From: an uncultured Desulfosarcina sp.
Lineage (GTDB): Bacteria; Desulfobacterota; Desulfobacteria; Desulfobacterales; Desulfosarcinaceae
Direction: 5' to 3'
NCBI GenBank assembly: GCA_963674945.2
Contig: CAXXWQ010000004.1
Location: 2,880,001 to 2,944,000 of the forward strand
Length of the DNA: 64,000 bases
Shown here: one piece after another, positions 60,939-64,000 of the stretch
How positions within the stretch are numbered: the stretch's first letter is position 1
Layout: every line of letters starts with the position of its first letter
The notes under the pieces: model-generated
Told to the model about the DNA's origin: nothing
Database searches by the model: none
The model's input: the letters and a program-made list of their open reading frames with translations, nothing else
Translations under genes and position numbers: made by a program

Positions 60939-63644
60939 TCAACCCTTGGCCAATTCCCTTTTTATCGCCAGGCCAATGTTTCGAATGGTATAGGGTTTTC
61001 TCACGTAGGTGCCGGCCCCCAGCACCTGGGTTTTTTTCACGGCTTCGGTTTCCGAAAAACCGCTGGCGATTATGGCCTTTAGTCCGGGATTCGCTTCGAT
61101 GGCCCGTTTATAGGTCTCATACCCATCCATTCCCGGTGCCATGATCATATCCAGGATCAAAAGGTCTACCTTTCGTTTTTTCAGGTAGCCGATGGCTTCA
61201 AGGCCGCTTGCCACACAATCTGCCGAATATCCCAACTGCGTGAGGATGGAGACGGCGATGGTCCGTTGCTCTTCGACGTCATCTACGACGAGTATGTGCT
61301 CACCGCCTCCCTTTATCGATTCGAAATCAAAATCTTCATTGGTCTCTTTGGTTTTCTTTCTGGTTGCCGGGAAGAAAATGGTGAACTTTGTCCATTGTCC
61401 CACTTCACTTTGAACATCGATATGGCCATTATGGTCTGTTACGGTTCCCCAAACCACCGACATCCCCAATCCGGTTCCACTGCGACCCATGGTTTTTTTC
61501 GTGTAGAAAGGTTCGAAGATCCGCTCCTTTTCATCTGCGCCGATTCCGGATCCCTCATCCAGAATTGTTATTACGACGTAGTCCCCTTCCTTGAGTGTAT
61601 CATGCATTATGGCGTCTTCGTCCATATGGGTGTTCGTCGTAGAAATGGTTATTTTTCCACCTTCGGGCATCGCCTCGGCAGCATTGGAAACCAGATTCAT
61701 GACCATCTTGGATAAATGGACCTGCGAGCCTTCCACATTCAGAAGGTCGGGGTCGAGATCCATCACGATTTGGATGCCCCGATGAAAGAGCAACAGCTTT
61801 TCAAATTCCGGGCTTTTGAAATATTCGGTAATGATTGTGTTGAGATTCAAAACATCGATGGAAGCAACACCCCGTCTGGCCAACGTCAGCATATCTTGTA
61901 CGATGGCGGCGGCCTTTTTTCCCGACTGCATGATCGTCTCCAACGGTTTTCTCAGTTCGCTGTCCGAGGGGATCTTCATAAGCAGCAATTCCGGATAACT
62001 GACGACGCCGGATAGAATATTGTTCAGGTCATGGGCAACACCCCCGGCCAATGTGCCAATGGCCTCCATTTTCTGGGCCTTCACCAGCTTTACTTCCAAT
62101 TGCCGTTTTTCCGATTCGGTCGCCAGACGCAAGGTGATATCTTTTCCCGAGACCACCTTGCCAACCGGAGCATTGTTTTCATCGATCAACGGCGCACAAT
62201 TCATCTCGAAGGTCTTTTTTTCTCCGATGGTCGTTTCCACCATCAAATTGAAGTTGTTTGACTGGCGATCCGACGCCGGCATATCCGTCTTTGACAAAAC
62301 GCCATCGGGAAACGGTCCCAGGTATTCTTCTATGGGTTTTTCGATCACCTCATGATTCTCTTTTTGAAAAAGGAGGCGGGCGGATCGGTTCAAACGTAAT
62401 ATACGATCCTTTTTGTCCAGCAAGAAAATGACATCATCCACCGAATCGAATGTGTTTTCCCAGTCTGTTGCCAGTTTGCTTAAAGAATTCATGGTTTGCT
62501 CGAGTTTTTCATGCATGGTGAGAAATGCGTGCTTGAGCTCGCCAAGCTCTCCACTGTCTGGTATTCCCACCAATTTTTGGCTGATTTTAGATTTCTGGAA
62601 AAACATATCGGCCGTCTCCCCGGCGCTGTGCCCTAAAAAACGACTCGCTTCCTGAAGCTTCATCAGCGGAATTGTAATTCCCCGCATCAAAACGGCGCCC
62701 AAGAGCCCCGCGGAGACGGCGGCCAGCAAGACCGCCGCGACAATTCTTTTTCGTGCACGGATGATGGGCGCATAGGCCTCTTTCTTTGTTTGCTGACATC
62801 CCATGATCCAATTCGTTCCCTTGATGTGCTTCAAGTAGATGAGCATGGGAATTCCCTTGGAATTCACCGTCTCCCCGGTTCCCTCGAACCCTTCGATCGC
62901 CGCATCGAACAATTCATTCACACCGACGGGAACATCCTTTTTAAATATCCTTTCCTCTCTTGGATGGAGAATCATCATCCGGTCCTTGTCATAGACATAG
63001 AGGTAGCCGGACGCACCGATTTTTGTCAGGCGAATACCTTCCAATGCTTTCTGGGACGTCAATTCTACCGAACACCCCAACAGCCCCATGAAATTACCTT
63101 TTTCATCTTGCAGGATGGCGGTGAAGGTTAAGACCGGCTTTCCGGTTCTCTTGGAACGATAGGGGGTACCGACGATTCCTTTTTTCTCAGCCCTGGTCCT
63201 CTGAAAATACTGCCGGTAGTCGAATCTTCTCCCCCTGGTCTCCGGATGGATGGGGTAGTCAGCCCATAACCTGCCCTCGGGATCGAGAAGAAACATACCA
63301 TTTTCAAACTTAGGAAAGATTCTTAAATAATCCGATAGAATGGATTCCATGGCGCGGGTATCTCTATTCTCCAAGACGCTTTTGGGGATCGCCCGCGCCA
63401 CGGCTTCGGCCTCCCTCAAAGAATCAGAAAGAAATCGAGTGATTGCTTGAGAGGATGTCTCGCCGACACTGGCAAGCCCCTTAAAAATGGAATCCCGCAA
63501 ACTGGTTTCAAAAAAGGTAAGATAGAAATAACCGGTAATTCCCAACGCCAGACTGATTAAAAGGCACAGGATGATGGATGCTTTCGTGCGAAGTGTCATG
63601 GGGCGTCCCATCGCTTTCGTTATGTCGTCGGCTTTCGAATCCAC
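60939..63644 (-). CDS. membrane hybrid sensor histidine kinase (Cache-PAS-HisKA-HATPase-REC)
   Basis: Two TM segments, AHDLNN, NAAEAM, GTGLG, C-terminal receiver. Confidence 0.93.
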   Translation of the reverse strand: MDSKADDITKAMGRPMTLRTKASIILCLLISLALGITGYFYLTFFETSLRDSIFKGLASVGETSSQAITRFLSDSLREAEAVARAIPKSVLENRDTRAMESILSDYLRIFPKFENGMFLLDPEGRLWADYPIHPETRGRRFDYRQYFQRTRAEKKGIVGTPYRSKRTGKPVLTFTAILQDEKGNFMGLLGCSVELTSQKALEGIRLTKIGASGYLYVYDKDRMMILHPREERIFKKDVPVGVNELFDAAIEGFEGTGETVNSKGIPMLIYLKHIKGTNWIMGCQQTKKEAYAPIIRARKRIVAAVLLAAVSAGLLGAVLMRGITIPLMKLQEASRFLGHSAGETADMFFQKSKISQKLVGIPDSGELGELKHAFLTMHEKLEQTMNSLSKLATDWENTFDSVDDVIFLLDKKDRILRLNRSARLLFQKENHEVIEKPIEEYLGPFPDGVLSKTDMPASDRQSNNFNLMVETTIGEKKTFEMNCAPLIDENNAPVGKVVSGKDITLRLATESEKRQLEVKLVKAQKMEAIGTLAGGVAHDLNNILSGVVSYPELLLMKIPSDSELRKPLETIMQSGKKAAAIVQDMLTLARRGVASIDVLNLNTIITEYFKSPEFEKLLLFHRGIQIVMDLDPDLLNVEGSQVHLSKMVMNLVSNAAEAMPEGGKITISTTNTHMDEDAIMHDTLKEGDYVVITILDEGSGIGADEKERIFEPFYTKKTMGRSGTGLGMSVVWGTVTDHNGHIDVQSEVGQWTKFTIFFPATRKKTKETNEDFDFESIKGGGEHILVVDDVEEQRTIAVSILTQLGYSADCVASGLEAIGYLKKRKVDLLILDMIMAPGMDGYETYKRAIEANPGLKAIIASGFSETEAVKKTQVLGAGTYVRKPYTIRNIGLAIKRELAKG

Positions 63645-64000
63645 GCGTCACTTTTTCTTAATGTTTTGTTAATCGATACCGATAATCAAACAGAAATTGA
63701 CGATCGACGTTTGTGATTTGAAGCAACCTGCGAACTGTCGTTCTTTCCCTCTTGTCCTTTTGTGAAGACGGTCATCATTTCAATAAAACAAGTGGTTTTG
63801 AATTTTTGGTGGCCGACATGGCTGAAACGCACAAGAGTGTTTCGTCGTCTGTCGGCAATGAGACCAAGAAGGCAGACGCAACAATGCACGGTTGGTTGGA
63901 CCGAATAAACAAAAGATTTTTTTCTTTCACCAGTGCCGCAAGCAGTGCCGCGTTCACGGAAGCGACCCCTTGCGCTGCGAGTGCCGAACAGGACCAATCT

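Noticed and set aside
63686..63997. 103-aa minus-strand ORF at the window end
   Set aside because: No recognisable motif; likely regulatory or intergenic DNA

Overview
Chromosomal window from an anaerobic sulfate-reducer-type bacterium (gene content suggests Desulfobacterota, probably Desulfobacterales; this is inference). No CRISPR array, rRNA, tRNA or intact mobile element was recognised. 1-18 kb holds two sigma-54-controlled redox loci. (i) An Orange-protein (Orp)-like cluster: a PAS/sigma-54 activator with a C-X8-C-X3-C motif, two MinD-type 4Fe-4S ATPases, two NifB/NifX proteins, and an HdrD/DsrK-like Fe-S protein with an in-frame TGA at a conserved Cys position. (ii) A metF'-hdrA/L-mvhD-metV-metF-receiver operon whose mvhD also has an in-frame TGA at a conserved Cys position. 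Both TGAs are followed by similarly spaced SECIS-like hairpins, so the ORF track splits two probable selenoproteins. 18-30 kb is mixed: DUF2284, trmB, a DnaJ-domain protein, two gene remnants, a GalT-like gene with a BMP-type ABC transporter, oadGB, ABM and a PrmA-like gene. 31-49 kb is a rearranged origin region: parS, mnmE, jag, yidC, yidD, rnpA, rpmH, rng, radical SAM, degQ, asnS, thyA-like, gyrB, dnaN, candidate oriC and an RdgC-like pair, but no dnaA, recF, gyrA or parAB. 49-64 kb holds an EndoQ-UvrD fusion, a HEAT protein, PBP1A, hisI-hisG, an aminotransferase, engB, era, a hydrolase and a hybrid histidine kinase.
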